DNA of 62,972 bases, counting the filler, from Octopus bimaculoides (lineage: Eukaryota), in NCBI RefSeq assembly GCF_001194135.2. It is 7 parts of 7 records of this genome, joined end to end, with 100 filler letters (N's around TTAATTAATTAA, not from the genome) between each part and the next. Parts side by side here need not be neighbours in the genome. Positions count along the whole stretch, not along the records: positions 21,923 to 46,841 come from NC_068986.1; 6 more parts are not named here. One strand, 5' to 3'. The translations under genes were made by a program, and so were the position numbers. Under the pieces are notes generated by a model. It was not told the origin of the DNA. It did not search any database and saw nothing but the letters and a program-made list of their open reading frames with translations. Positions 27,545 to 40,820 of the stretch are shown here, one piece after another; within the stretch, counting starts at the first letter, position 1, and every line of letters begins with the position of its first letter.

Positions 27545-28227
27545 TGATAGATATACATACATGCACACACATATATATATACACATATACACATACTCAA
27601 ACACACATACATGTATGTATATATATAGAATGAGAGGGGAGAGGGAGAGGGTGAGTAAGTGGAAGAGAGGGGTAAGACAGGAGACAGGGAGAAAGAAAAA
27701 GAGAATGAAAGGGAGAGAGAGGGACAGAGAGGGACAGAGAAAGAGACAGACATATTTAGAGAGGGAGACATAAGCCCTCAAGTACGCGTAGGCATGTACA
27801 ACCACAACACACGCGCCCAAAACTGATACACATGGTTATACAGACATTTCTTTTGTTTTTTATTCTATTCTGAAGCACCGCCTCCGGTGTAGGGTTGGAT
27901 TAGACGACCATAGCGACCTCTGTAATTATTTCAGTCTGTTACTTATATTAAAGTTCTGTATTTTAGTGATTGGCTAACACCGCTTTTGTTCTAAGCGGCG
28001 GAGTCAAAAACCTAACGCATACAACACTTAAGGCGAACTTGCATATATATATACACATACATAAAAACTTACAAGCATGAGTGCATGCACACATACATGC
28101 ATGAATATATGTGTGCGTGTGTGTGTGTGAATGTATATATGTAGATTATATATGTATGTATATGTATGTACGTATATAATGACATATTAATATATATATT
28201 TGTGTGTGTGTGTACATATATACGTGA

Positions 28228-28271
<44 letters not shown>

Positions 28272-28655
28272 NNNNNNNNNNNNNNNNNNNNNNNNNNNNN
28301 NNNNNNNNNNNNNNNNNNNNNNNNNNNNNNNNNNNNNNNNNNNNNNNNNNNNNNNNNNNNNNNNNNNNNNNNNNNNNNNNNNNNNNNNNNNNNNNNNNNN
28401 NNNNNNNNNNNNNNNNNNNNNNNNNNNNNNNNNNNNNNNNNNNNNNNNNNNNNNNNNNNNNNNNNNNNNNNNNNNNNNNNNNNNNNNNNNNNNNNNNNNN
28501 NNNNNNNNNNNNNNNNNNNNNNNNNNNNNNNNNNNNNNNNNNNNNNNNNNNNNNNNNNNNNNNNNNNNNNNNNNNNNNGAGGGAGAGATGAATAGATAGA
28601 TTGATAAATTGACTGACTGATTGATTGATGCATGTATGTAAGTATTTATGTATGT

Positions 28656-28886
28656 ATTTCTTTATTGCCCACAGGGGGCTAATGATAGAGGGGATAAACA
28701 AGGACAGACAAAGACTTTAAGTCGATTACATCGACTCCATTGCATAACTGGTACTTATTTAATCGACCCTGAAAGGATGATAGGCAAAGTCAACCTCGGC
28801 AGAATTTGAACTCAGAACGTAACGGCAGACGAAATACCGCTAAGCATTTCGTCCGGCGTGCTAACGATTCTGCCAGCTCACCGCCC
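28656..28886 (-). mobile_element. tRNA-derived SINE family B, near full length
   Basis: Minus strand GGCGGTGAGCTGGCAGAATCGTTAGCACGCCGGACGAAATGCTTAGCGGTATTTCGTC...GAGTTCAAATTC...CATCCTTTCAGGGTCGATTAAATAAGTACCAG. Confidence 0.88.
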
Positions 28887-28958
28887 TAATATATTCATAC
28901 ATTATGTATGAATGTATGTATGTATGTATGTATGTATGTATCTGTGTGTGTGTGTCTT

Positions 28959-29006
28959 CTGACAATATCCCGAGTATTGCAGATGCAATACTCGGTATAT
29001 TGTCAG
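28959..29006. other. 48-bp near-perfect palindrome (23-bp arms, one mismatch)
   Basis: CTGACAATATCCCGAGTATTGCA-GA-TGCAATACTCGGTATATTGTCAG. Confidence 0.95.
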
Positions 29007-30768
29007 TGTTGTTTCTTGGTGTCACTGTGCGTATCCGGTCATACATTTACTCGCATTCAGACGACCCGACCTTGACTGCTCAAGCCTAGATCTGGGCCCA
29101 TGCAGGTTTCGACTGACCCCACCGTGCACTTCTTTTTAGCTGGAGCCATCTCGGTGCTTTTTCCCTGCAGTCTCGACATTATTCTTGGTGTCTCTTCTTC
29201 TGCTTATTCCTATAATATACTGTGCTCCATGAGCCGCACTCAAAGAATGACCTGCAAACACTTGACTCCCAATCTCTACAAGCAAATTAATGGTTTTCCA
29301 TCCATTTTGTACGACAGTCCTCCACTAGCTTCTGCTTTTTATCTCTCTTCCGCTCTCGTGTCTTCTTCATCGTCTTCCCTCGGGCACAGTAAATTCTAAT
29401 AGGATTAGCTGCCCAATTGCCTCAGATACCAAACTGGTATCTGATCTCAACAAGGGATAAGGTCGTATGCGAACGAAATTTTAGCTGCTTCTCTTGGTCA
29501 GCTTCTGTCATCAATTCATATGTTGTGGAAGACCCAACCGTTGCAGCTATTCTTGGGTCTTTTTTAAAGCCTCTCTCCCCCTCTCTCTTTCTCCCCTCTC
29601 TCTTTCTCCCCCCCCTCTCTCTCTCCCTTTAACAAACGCTATCTTTCTAACTAAAGTACAGCCACTTCTGCTGCCACCGACCTCCTTGCTGAATGCTACA
29701 GGAATGTTCTAGAAATGATCGTGTTCCAACGACAGCGTCGCTTACCCAGTACGCTGGAGCAGCTGCTTAAGAAGATGCTTGATTGTGCCTCCTTTAGAAC
29801 CCAAGGGGCAGGCGAGATTTTCATTAAACCAAATGTAAATAGTTTGGATAGGAAAAAAAGATCATAAACCAGAAGTAGATCCTCTGCGAATTCCACTCTC
29901 TGAGGAGCGGTCAGATGACCTGCCGTCGCTTCTATCGACTCCATCACCGGTTCCTACTTCATCCAGGCACTACGTTCACACATCGCACCCGCTCTGTTTC
30001 CTCACTTTTTCCAGTCTTTTTTCTACACACACACACACGCACTTACAGATACGTGCGCGGGCATGTGTGTGTGAAGGTCCGAGGCCTTGTGATCAGGGTT
30101 TTGCAGTCATAATTGCAAGATCGTTCGCGATTTCGATTCCTAGATTATTGGAGCGTTGTGTTCTTGGACAAAATATTTTATTTTACTTTGCTCCAGTCCA
30201 CCCAGCTGAAAATGTGCAAGACAGTGATAGAAATTATGAAAACGAGTCATAAATCCTGCCTCTTATATATGGTACCTGATGAGAAGTGTTGCTATACTGA
30301 GACAAATTGCTTTTAATATACTTCTTAGATACTTGTGGGGAAATCTCTCGAAGATTTTCACGTTGTGTGAATCATGCATCAGATGAGTATATCAAGCATG
30401 TGATGACTCAAGCAACGTAGATGCAAAGCTTGGTGGAGAGTTTCAAGTCCTCGTCTGACCAAAACCCATGTCTCTCAAACGCAAATGAAGCATTCTCAAT
30501 CCTCAAGTTTATTTCGAAATCTAGAGGCCCACTCCTGGAGACAGAGTTGACATGATACATAAAAGAATCTCCTACATCGAATCTAACTTTAGATAACGAT
30601 ATTTACTTCCACATGCATCTCTCCTGTGGAAGGAGAAAACATCAGCTTAGTTTTCTTCAGGCATATTGTAAGTCCAGAAGTTGATCAGGCACCGGAATAG
30701 GGGTTCTTTGTTTAATGAATATCTTGTTCCAAATGCGTCACAAGATGACAGTCATAAACGAACAGGCT

Positions 30769-30813
<45 letters not shown>

Positions 30814-31001
30814 GCACACGCACACACACACACACACCCAGAGGCACGCACGCACGCACTCATACATACATACAAACACAGACACGCACACGTATTGTCG
30901 ATGCATAGAATAACAAGGAAAGCGTATTTCAGAGGAGTTATATGTACAATTATATCATAATATTATATACACACACGCATATATGTGTATGTATGTATGT
31001 A

Positions 31002-31032
<31 letters not shown>

Positions 31033-31106
31033 TTGTCTGTCTGTCTATCTGTCTATTTATCTATCTATCTAACTATCTCTCTATCTACCAATCTTTCTCT
31101 TTGGAT

Positions 31107-31167
<61 letters not shown>

Positions 31168-32050
31168 NNNNNNNNNNNNNNNNNNNNNNNNNNNNNNNNN
31201 NNNNNNNNNNNNNNNNNNNNNNNNNNNNNNNNNNNNNNNNNNNNNNNNNNNNNNNNNNNNNNNNNNNNNNNNNNNNNNNNNNNNNNNNNNNNNNNNNNNN
31301 NNNNNNNNNNNNNNNNNNNNNNNNNNNNNNNNNNNNNNNNNNNNNNNNNNNNNNNNNNNNNNNNNNNNNNNNNNNNNNNNNNNNNNNNNNNNNNNNNNNN
31401 NNNNNNNNNNNNNNNNNNNNNNNNNNNNNNNNNNNNNNNNNNNNNNNNNNNNNNNNNNNNNNNNNNNNNNNNNNNNNNNNNNNNNNNNNNNNNNNNNNNN
31501 NNNNNNNNNNNNNNNNNNNNNNNNNNNNNNNNNNNNNNNNNNNNNNNNNNNNNNNNNNNNNNNNNNNNNNNNNTAGGCAAAATCTCATTTTTGAATTAAA
31601 CTGCCGAAATGACGTGGAATTCATACGTTTTGCGTTATGCTGCAAATGCTCTTGACAATAACTGCATAACTGAGAAAATCCTCAATACCGAATTTAAAAT
31701 AACCTATTTATTTTATATGTAATTCTTACTATGTTTCCTGATAATATATTTTCGAATTCTAAATGTTTATGCAATTCCGCATAAAATACTTGTGTTGGCA
31801 AACTAGTGTTATTCTAATTTTATTTTTGTGCATTGCATAATAATGAGTTCCAATGGCTTTTTTTTTCCCCCTTTTTTATAAACGAATTGTCGACCGATCC
31901 AGTATTGAGGATTTCATCAGCTCTAAAATTATTCCTCGGGCCCTTTGCTGCTTGCCGCATAATGCGTTGAGTACAAACCATTAAAGTAGCTTATTTAGAA
32001 GTTTGGATTGTGATTAGGTTGGTGAATGCTCCGAAATGACAGATTTAGTA

Positions 32051-32587
32051 AGCAAGAAGGCTTGGCAAGCCTTCGCTATTCTTCGGCCGGTATGGAAGTC
32101 CACTGCCATCTCAACTCGAACTAAACTCCGCTTATTTAGTTCAAACGTAAAATCTGTGCTTTTGTATGACTCTGAAACGTGGAAAGCCACTTGCGGCAAC
32201 TACAAGAAGATCCAGACTTTCATCAACAAATGTCTCCGGCAGATCCTCCAACTGAAGTGGTTCGACAGAGCGCCAAACACCGACCTGTGGGAAAAGGCCA
32301 ACCAGGAGCCCATACATGTTCAGATTAGACGAAGGAAATGGAGATGGATCGGACACACACTGCGGAAAGAACCCTCAAATGTGACACGACAAGCACTTGA
32401 CTGGAACCCTCAGAGGAAAAGGAAGCGAGGACGCTCGAAGCAGACATGGAAGCGGAGCATTTTGGACGAGCTCAGGACCACCGGCCTGACATGGGAAGCA
32501 GCCAAGAAACACACCAATGGCCGCAAAAAGTGGAAAACAACTGTCGACGCCCTATACTCCACAAGGGGCAAACAAGATTAAGAAGAA
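32051..32587 (+). mobile_element. RTE-clade LINE, 5'-truncated 3' end of ORF2
   Basis: Open frame KAWQAFAILRPVWKS...TKLRLFSSNVKSVLLYDSETW...RKWRWIGHTLRK...ALDWNPQRKRKRGRSKQTW...VDALYSTRGKQD* followed by a short gaagaa tail. Confidence 0.92.
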
Positions 32588-32685
32588 TTGTCACAATAGT
32601 TACAAACCAGTACAAAAGACTAATAAGGAAGTGAGAAAAAGTTTCTAAAATTTCACTAAAAATTATTACTTGAACATAGTAGTAG

Positions 32686-32728
<43 letters not shown>

Positions 32729-32786
32729 GAGAAAGAGAGAGAAAGATAGATAGGTAGATAAACTGATAGATAAAAGGAGAGTGGTA

Positions 32787-33280
32787 GACAGGTACACAAA
32801 ATAATAGAAACACCTTAAAATTTCAAATTCAATTTAATATGGGGTAAGGACCGCCTTAGGCAGTAATTACAGCTTGAATTCAACGAGGTATAGACTCGTA
32901 CAAAGTTTGAATTGTTTCCAAAGGAATTTTTGTCCATTCTTCAGCTAAAACAGTCTCCAGTTCTTGTAGTGATGATGGTGGAGGATATCGACTCCTTATT
33001 TGATTTTCTAAAATGCACTATAAATGTTCAATAATATTGAGATCCGAGGACTGTGGTGGCCAGATAAGATGTTCCATTTCACTAGAATGTTCCCCGTGCC
33101 ATTCAGTAACAACTTTAGCTGTGTGAATTGGTGCATTATCATCCCGAAAGATTGTATTTCCCTCCGGAAACAGTTCCGCAGCCATAGGATGAATTTGATC
33201 AGATAAAGTGCTTAAATAGTCTTGACTATTAATTCTGCTATGAAAGGAAAACATTGAGCCGGCAGATTTCCAAGATGCTC
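32787..33280 (-). pseudogene. Tc1-type transposase C-terminal remnant with one element end; D-to-E spacing of 36 residues
   Basis: WKSAGSM...RINSQDY...IFRDDNAPIHTAK...WPPQSSDLNIIEHL*CILE...EEWTKIP...SIPR*IQAVITA*GGPYP with three in-frame stops; TIR-like caggtacacaaaataatagaaacacc at about 32789. Confidence 0.9.
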
Positions 33281-33429
33281 TTAAAACAGCACCTATGAAA
33301 TCCTGCCTCTCCGTTCTTTCCTGCAATACCAGAGAACAGCAAATGAATCCAACCATTACATTCGGTAACACAAATATACGTAAAAACAGAGAAGACATAA
33401 AACTTGGAGTTGCATAAAACTCCTGTACA

Positions 33430-33792
33430 CTCTTTTACTCTTTTACTTGTTTCAATCATTTGACTGCGGCCATGCTGGAGCACCGCCTTTAGTCGAGCAA
33501 ATCGACCCCAGGACTTATTCTATCGGTCTATTTCGCCGAACCGCTAAGTTACGGGGACGTAATCACACCAGCATCGGTTGTCAAGTGATGTTGGGGGGAC
33601 AAACACAGACACATATACACATATATACGACGGGCTTCTTTCATTTTCCGTCTACCAAATCCACTCACAAGGCTTTGGTCGGCCCGAGGCTATAGTAGAA
33701 GACACTTGCCCAAGGTGCCACGCAGTGGGACTGAACCCAGAACCATGTGGTTGGTAAGCAAGCTACTTACCACACAGCCACTCCTGCGCCTA
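33430..33792 (-). mobile_element. tRNA-derived SINE family A, near full length
   Basis: Head GGCGCAGGAGTGGCTGTGTGG (A-box-like)...GGTTCAGTCCC (B-box-like); tail GACTGAAACAAGTAAAAGAGTAAAAGA type; possible TSD tgtaca at 33424-33429 and 33793-33798. Confidence 0.9.
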
Positions 33793-35398
33793 TGTACAAC
33801 TTACATAGAAGACATAGTAAAGACATAGTAAAGAGAACAATATGACACTCAAACATACTTAAAACAATCATTAAGAATCACATTTGTCAACAGAGAGAGA
33901 CAGTAAACATGCCAGTCCTCCCGGGACCCAAAGTGTGTCCGCATTACACTGCAATAAACTACAACGAACCCCAAAATGTGCACTACGTATCACAAAAGAT
34001 TGTACAAAGAAGAGACCGATTGACCACAAACGTAACGAAACGAAGATTTTTTAAAAAGTGAAAGATCATCAAGACGTATGACGGGCACAGTTTGTTGCTG
34101 CAGCAGATTCAGCTCCCTCATTTCAAGCAATATACAATGCCTCAGAGAAATAATACAGCAACATAATAAAACCACAGAGTAGCCTACTTAACCCAGCTAA
34201 GTATAAGGATCACATACAAACAAAACTAGTTACATGAGCTTCAACGGCCTTACTAGTTCTAAACGCTGTTGTGGGATGAACACCACCGACAATAAGTAGA
34301 GAAGAGCGGTAGCTGTTACGCTCTGAATGAGTCTACCGTTCACATCTCCGCTGCAGACATCACCAGAATTTATGTGAAAGGAAACTGGAGTAAATTGAAT
34401 AATGAAAAAAAAAACCAAAAACAATGTAGCAGAAATAGTCTGTCCTGTTATCTCCCATGCAATTCTTCACTCCATGCTGGAATGTATAGTTAGGTTCTCA
34501 GACGGTAACACGATGTAACTCAGAAGTCATGACCTGTCTTTCAACCCATTATCTACATGCCATACGACTGACCGATCAAGGAGCTATGGGAAATAACACT
34601 ATATCTGAAGAGCTCCGTAGAACAAGTGTTAATCCTTAGTCATACAAATTGTAAGCACGATAGGGATTCAATATTCGGCTGAAGTGATTTCACTTCATTA
34701 ACGCTGTGGGGACGTCTGCATTTCCACAGAAATTTCAAAATAATTATTTCGTTTATCGATGTATAGGCATTTTGTATCTTATAAAAATACGAGTAACAAT
34801 TGTTGGTTGACTAGTCTAGGCTAGTAAATATTTCAAAGGCAATTTAGAAAACCTAGTAATTCCAAGAAAGTAACTAGCTAACATATACGTTAAAAATGCA
34901 AATCTGAAAGCAGATGAGCAATAATACGCAAACTTTTCAAACTTGAACATGAAATTCTTCTCCACTTTTTTCTTTAAATTCCAATGATATAGCCTTATTT
35001 CTTTGTTATAAACCTGCTCCAATTTTTGTAGGAAACATAATTAAAATTTTGTTGAAAGATTAATTTAAAAAACCGAACATTCATACATAATCATAAATAA
35101 ATGGCAAGTTAGAGGTAATCAGAAAAAGAGGAAAACACGCATAAAAGAACTCCCATACTCACATGTATATAAAAGTATGTATGTACGAACGTACGTATAT
35201 ATAAGTTATGTGGATGTGTGCGCTTTCACATATTATTATAAAGATATAAATTTTTTGGTTTCCTTTTTGTGCAGCCTGTACCTATCACACAAAAATATAT
35301 CAATATACTATAAATACGTATGACAATCTGTAATATCTCTCGATATAAAAATATTACCATCTCCTCTCTCTCTCCCTCCTTGTATATGTATTCGTGTA

Positions 35399-35451
<53 letters not shown>

Positions 35452-36564
35452 TCCAAACGTATACGCATATAAGCATACATGCATATATACATGCATGCAA
35501 TAATACATAGGTGCATACGTACTTTCATAAGTGCGTACATATAAACATATGTACGTACATAAATACATACATATAAGAATACATACAATAAATAAGTTAT
35601 CCTTGATTGTCTATGAGATACAGACGAACGTTAAAACTGCGTCAGGTTGGCTGGTGCCTCATGTTACAAACAGCTGCTGGGGAACAATCAATCAATATAT
35701 ATGTATGTCTGTTTATACACATGCACATACAAAGCGCATGTACATACATATATATATATATATATACATGGACATATGTGCACGCAGGCACAGGCACACA
35801 CATACAGTCAAACACACACATACACGTATACACACACGCGCGCATGCACGTACGCACGCACACACACACGCACACACACACACACACGCGTGCGTATCAA
35901 TGTATATATGTATATATATTTTATGTATGCATATATGTATATATGTATACATATATGTATATTTATATTTACATGCATATATATATATATATATACATAT
36001 ACACACCACTCACACACACACACACACACACACACANNNNNNNNNNNNNNNNNNNNNNNNNNNNNNNNNNNNNNNNNNNNNNNNNNNNNNNNNNNNNNNN
36101 NNNNNNNNNNNNNNNNNNNNNNNNNNNNNNNNNNNNNNNNNNNNNNNNNNNNNNNNNNNNNNNNNNNNNNNNNNNNNNNNNNNNNNNNNNNNNNNNNNNN
36201 NNNNNNNNNNNNNNNNNNNNNNNNNNNNNNNNNNNNNNNNNNNNNNNNNNNNNNNNNNNNNNNNNNNNNNNNNNNNNNNNNNNNNNNNNNNNNNNNNNNN
36301 NNNNNNNNNNNNNNNNNNNNNNNNNNNNNNNNNNNNNNNNNNNNNNNNNNNNNNNNNNNNNNNNNNNNNNNNNNNNNNNNNNNNNNNNNNNNNNNNNNNN
36401 NNNNNNNNNNNNNNNNNNNNNNNNNNNNNNNNNNNNNNNNNNNNNNNNNNNNNNNNNNNNNNNNNNNNNNNNNNNNNNNNNNNNNNNNNNNNNNNNNNNN
36501 NNNNNNNNNNNNNNNNNNNNNNNNNNNNNNNNNNNNNNNNNNNNNNNNNNNNNNNNNNNNNNNN

Positions 36565-36604
<40 letters not shown>

Positions 36605-37617
36605 TATATACACACACACACACATATATATATAAACACATACATACATACGTACATACAAACGTATATACGTACGTACGCACATATAACCACACTTGTA
36701 ATGGCTTCTGTATGATAAATGAAGATAACGAAGGAAACCACGAAATTTTTCTTTTAACAAGTGTTTACGTTGTTTTTATATTGCTTGCCTTGTTATCAGT
36801 ATTGATTTCTATTGCACGGGCATAAGAACTCATATTTATAGAAAAGATGGCCATAGTAAGTTAGGACTTTTATGCTTTCCCTGTAGACCAGATGTTTTTT
36901 AGCCCGTCATCGAACAGTTCCATGATCAAAGACATTCCGCTCATGGCTATCCTGTCTATTTTATTTTCATTCTAGGCAAAATGTACTGAAGATTACACTG
37001 ACATTTGAGGTATAAATTAGCTACCACTTCTAGCGATTTCGAATGGTTTCCGCGTTTGTGTGTTTGGACTCTTAAGGTGGGGATGGGGCAGTTGACGCAT
37101 CTTGTCGAGTATTAAGAGGAAGTCAGTTTGGTGGAACTTCCTCTACAACCAGTAGCGCCAAGTTAAACTCGACCCATTGCAATTGTTGGTTTTATAGTTA
37201 ACCATTCTTTGTACAAGTTGTCAATGATATTTTGTCCACATTGAGGTCTGGTCCATTTAACAATGGAACTGACCTCAATTCTTTTAACAATTGGTCATAG
37301 ACACTACAGTTCATGAGGGAGTCAGTTTGGTGAACTATATTCTCATACAAGTTATAGTGGTAAATCAAACTCAGCACTGTGCACTCGTTCGTTTTACAGT
37401 GTTGCCTGTGCGTATGTGAGTTGTTCATATTTTTTTTTACATATTGATGGTTATGCGAACTGGGTCATTTACTAGTTAAATGGATACAATGCAGTGTTGC
37501 TCTCATAGAACAATTAGGGAAATATAGAATTTCGAAATTAGGGTTAGAAATAAACTTGCTTTGAAATTAGCGTTATTCCAAGGCACTCGTTACCATTTGC
37601 AGTTAATGTTACTTTGC

Positions 37618-38236
37618 GGCGCAGGTGTGACTGTGCAGTTGAGAAGCTTGCCTTCCGATCATGTACTTCCGGTTTCAATCCCACTGCCTGTCATTTTGGG
37701 CATTGGGCAGATGTCATCAACTATATAGGTCCGGGTCAACCAAAGCATTGTGAGCGGATTTGGTATAAGGAAACTGAGAGAAGCCTGTCGTATATATATA
37801 NNNNNNNNNNNNNNNNNNNNNNNNNNNNNNNNNNNNNNNNNNNNNNNNNNNNNNNNNNNNNNNNNNNNNNNNNNNNNNNNNNNNNNNNNNNNNNNNNNNN
37901 NNNNNNNNNNNNNNNNNNNNNNNNNNNNNNNNNNNNNNNNNNNNNNNNNNNNNNNNNNNNNNNNNNNNNNNNNNNNNNNNNNNNNNNNNNNNNNNNNNNN
38001 NNNNNNNNNNNNNNNNNNNNNNNNNNNNNATACATGTATGTGTGTCTAAGTTTATCTTCTATTCACCGATGAATAACCAATGGTAGTTTGTGTCTCTGTA
38101 ACATAGTGATTCGGCATAAAGACTGATAGTACCAGGCTCAAAAGATAAGTATTAACGTTGATTTGTTCGACTGAACCCTTCAATGTGGTGCTTCAGCATG
38201 GCCGTAGTCCAATGACTGAAACAAGTAAAAAGTAAC
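37618..38236 (+). mobile_element. SINE family A, diverged, spanning an N gap
   Basis: Head ggcgcaggtgtgactgtgc at 37618; tail ccaatgactgaaacaagtaaaaag near 38232. Confidence 0.75.
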
Positions 38237-39140
38237 AGGTATTTGGAAGCCAACTTTGGACAAGATGCAAGAAAGATCCTGGTAAGCTGAAGTCGCGATG
38301 CGATTTCCATCAATCCTTGAAGTTATTTAATTTTCCTAAACCTATAAATCTCTTCAAAAAGACATGGAATATACAATCAACTAACCAAGCTCCCAAATAT
38401 ATGAGACAATCGTTTCTAACTCACAAAAAACTTAGTTCGGTATCATTTAATGAACAACAGTGGCAAATTGTAAACTCTTGATAATTCAAGAGAGTAAAGT
38501 AGTTTAAATTCTCATTTCAGAAGTGCTGAGGGTAGGGTAGAGCATGGAATATCAGTCTTTCTATTATCTCTCCTTGATACTCCCTGAAAACACAAAATTG
38601 CTGAGTTGTCAATTCTTTAATTTTTATTTTTAACTATACAAATACCTTCATTTTAGGATAAGTGAATGGCACATTGTATAGTCAATGCTTTTCCCAAGTG
38701 TATCAGCACCATGGTTGCAGTGAAATTACTTTAATCATATCAAAACTATGTCATGGTCTCGATTCTCCAGTAATACTACAGCGCTTCCCAACTATTATTC
38801 CTAAAAATGGTTCGAGCCAAAGAGAGGCCTCTATGTAGTCGACAGAGTTACTTGACAATGCAATCAGGCTGCCTTTAAATAGGAACCTACGGTCTTAAAA
38901 GGAGAAGAAATATGGGTATCCAAGGTTATGTGCTATTAGAACATTATACCATAAATAAAGACTCGGTGGGTGTTCTCAGCTTGATAGTATTTGAACACCG
39001 GTTTGCTCATTCTGGGTTGAGCTGGGGTGTAAACCATAACCAACTACTAATGATTTCTCGCTCACATACGGAGATAACTTTGGTAAGACTGGGTGAGTTA
39101 TGGTCGATGAAACTAAAACTAATATTTCTCGTGGTTTTAA

Positions 39141-39352
39141 GGCGGCGAGCTAGCAGAGTCGTTAGCGCACCCGACAAAATGGTAAGCGTCATTTCTCCCG
39201 TCTTTACGTTCTAAAATTCCACCGAGATCGATTATACCTTCATCATTTTGGATTCGATAAAATAAGTACCAGCTGAACACTGGGGTCAATGCAATCGACT
39301 TATCCCCATCCCCAAACTTACTGGCCTTGTGTCAAAATTTGAAACCATTATT
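39141..39352 (+). mobile_element. SINE family B, full length, diverged
   Basis: ggcggcgagctagcagagtcgttagc...cgataaaataagtaccagctgaacactggggtc...gtcaaaatttgaaaccattatt. Confidence 0.85.
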
Positions 39353-40369
39353 CCGTCTGTTGTGCAATGAAAGATGGATGCGTTTAAACGCATCTAAAAT
39401 CTTTTAATGTAATGTATTTCCTTCGCCTTAATTGTTACTGATAATGATTAAGTTTTAAGTTTTGTAACTATATTAACAATAAACATTGATTATCTGTTAG
39501 CTAAGCTCAAGATATCAGGGACATAAAACGATTTGTAGTGATGTTCATGCTTTTTTTATTAGTAAGATTAAATAGAGTGAACTTGCTTAAAATAAGAATT
39601 AAAACCGAGACCCTGATTCGGTGTTTTGGGAGCTTATTTCTTAATCCAACTCACTACTCGAGACAATGGGGCGCCAGGTAGATTAGTTGATTTATCTTAA
39701 CTACTTCACATTTTCTTCTAAGTTCAAATCTCACACGTATTAATTTGTTGTTTCATGCTTTCAGCATCGATAAAATACGTTGTAGTAATACAATGTTCCT
39801 CCTACTGTGAGCATGTGAATCGATTTCTGTACTCGATTATAGTCATGTCTCTTACTGGATAGTGAAGACTTTGAGAAAGGAAAGGGCTTCTCATAATGAG
39901 TCTGTACCTACTTTAAGAAATCTGCTCTAAAACTCAAAATGGGAACCTTCATATAGTCACTCGACCTGTAAGAAATAACCGCTAAATCTCTCATATTTCT
40001 CACCTTATTGTCTCAAAAACATTTCAACATGTAGTCCTTAATACTTAAAAAAAAATGAGGTTGATCACGGACAAAATTACAGAAGGCATTTGAAATTTGG
40101 ATGGTCGTGAATGACATGGTGGGCAGCCTGTGCTTAAGTATTGCTATTGCTGATAGCAAGTTCATGATTTAGTAAGATTCTTTGCTTATTTTACTCGCAT
40201 TTAACTGTTTATATGTTTTCTAAGGACTATAGCATCGGCATTTATGTTAAATAAACCCCGATCTACATCGATTGGAGATAACTTTACAAAATCTGTCAAT
40301 TAATAATCGGGATTTGTCTCTTTTTTTTTTCCTAATGTTTATTCTGGAGGATGAGTTGTACTTATAGTC

Positions 40370-40820
40370 TTTGAATGCTGGTGAGGTCTATGCAGTTGCT
40401 ATACCGCTTGAATAGCTACATGTTAATGGCTAGATGAAAAGCATTGGCAGAGAAAGCAGTGCTCTGGTGGAGAAAATACTAGCGATGTGTGAGAGGGGCC
40501 TCGACTTAAACTACTATGGATTACAAGGAAGAGAGACAAATGAGTCGGAAGGACCTGATGGAGGGAGGTAGCCATCTCCAGCGAACAGAAACCATTATAG
40601 TGGCAGTAGAAAAGTATAATGAGGATACAACATGTTTGTGGAGAAGAGATTGGAGTGTAATGTTGAGCGACTTAACTCCAATCAGTGGAGTTAGTTTAAG
40701 GCGAATTTGGTTTAGAACGTATGTATGTGTAGTAGCAGCACTGCCCCTATATGGGCGGAAGCATTTCATTGTTGGTCTTAGTTGAGTTTTGTATAGGGTT
40801 AGTAAGCGTTGGGAATCAGC
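40370..40820 (-). mobile_element. Old non-LTR retrotransposon (CR1/Jockey-like) ORF2 C-terminal remnant
   Basis: LLTLYKTQLRPTMK...LIGVKSL...LQSLLHKHVVSSL resembles the LLTLYKAQIRP.LEY...L.SL.HRR.V..L tail of such LINEs. Confidence 0.6.

Noticed and set aside
30275-30315. CUGAUGA-GA-AGUGU-UGCU-AUACU-GAGAC hammerhead-like motif
   Set aside because: GAAA is mutated, and no stem I, stem III or cleavage triplet can be built.
33715-33792. tRNA-like A/B boxes in SINE heads as real tRNA genes
   Set aside because: There is no complete cloverleaf or acceptor stem, and each is fused to a SINE body and tail.
38200-38282. Minus-strand acceptor followed by DLSCILSKVGFQIP, superficially like the next CIP4 exon
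   Set aside because: It lacks the conserved VIE.YKSG pattern and runs straight into a SINE tail.
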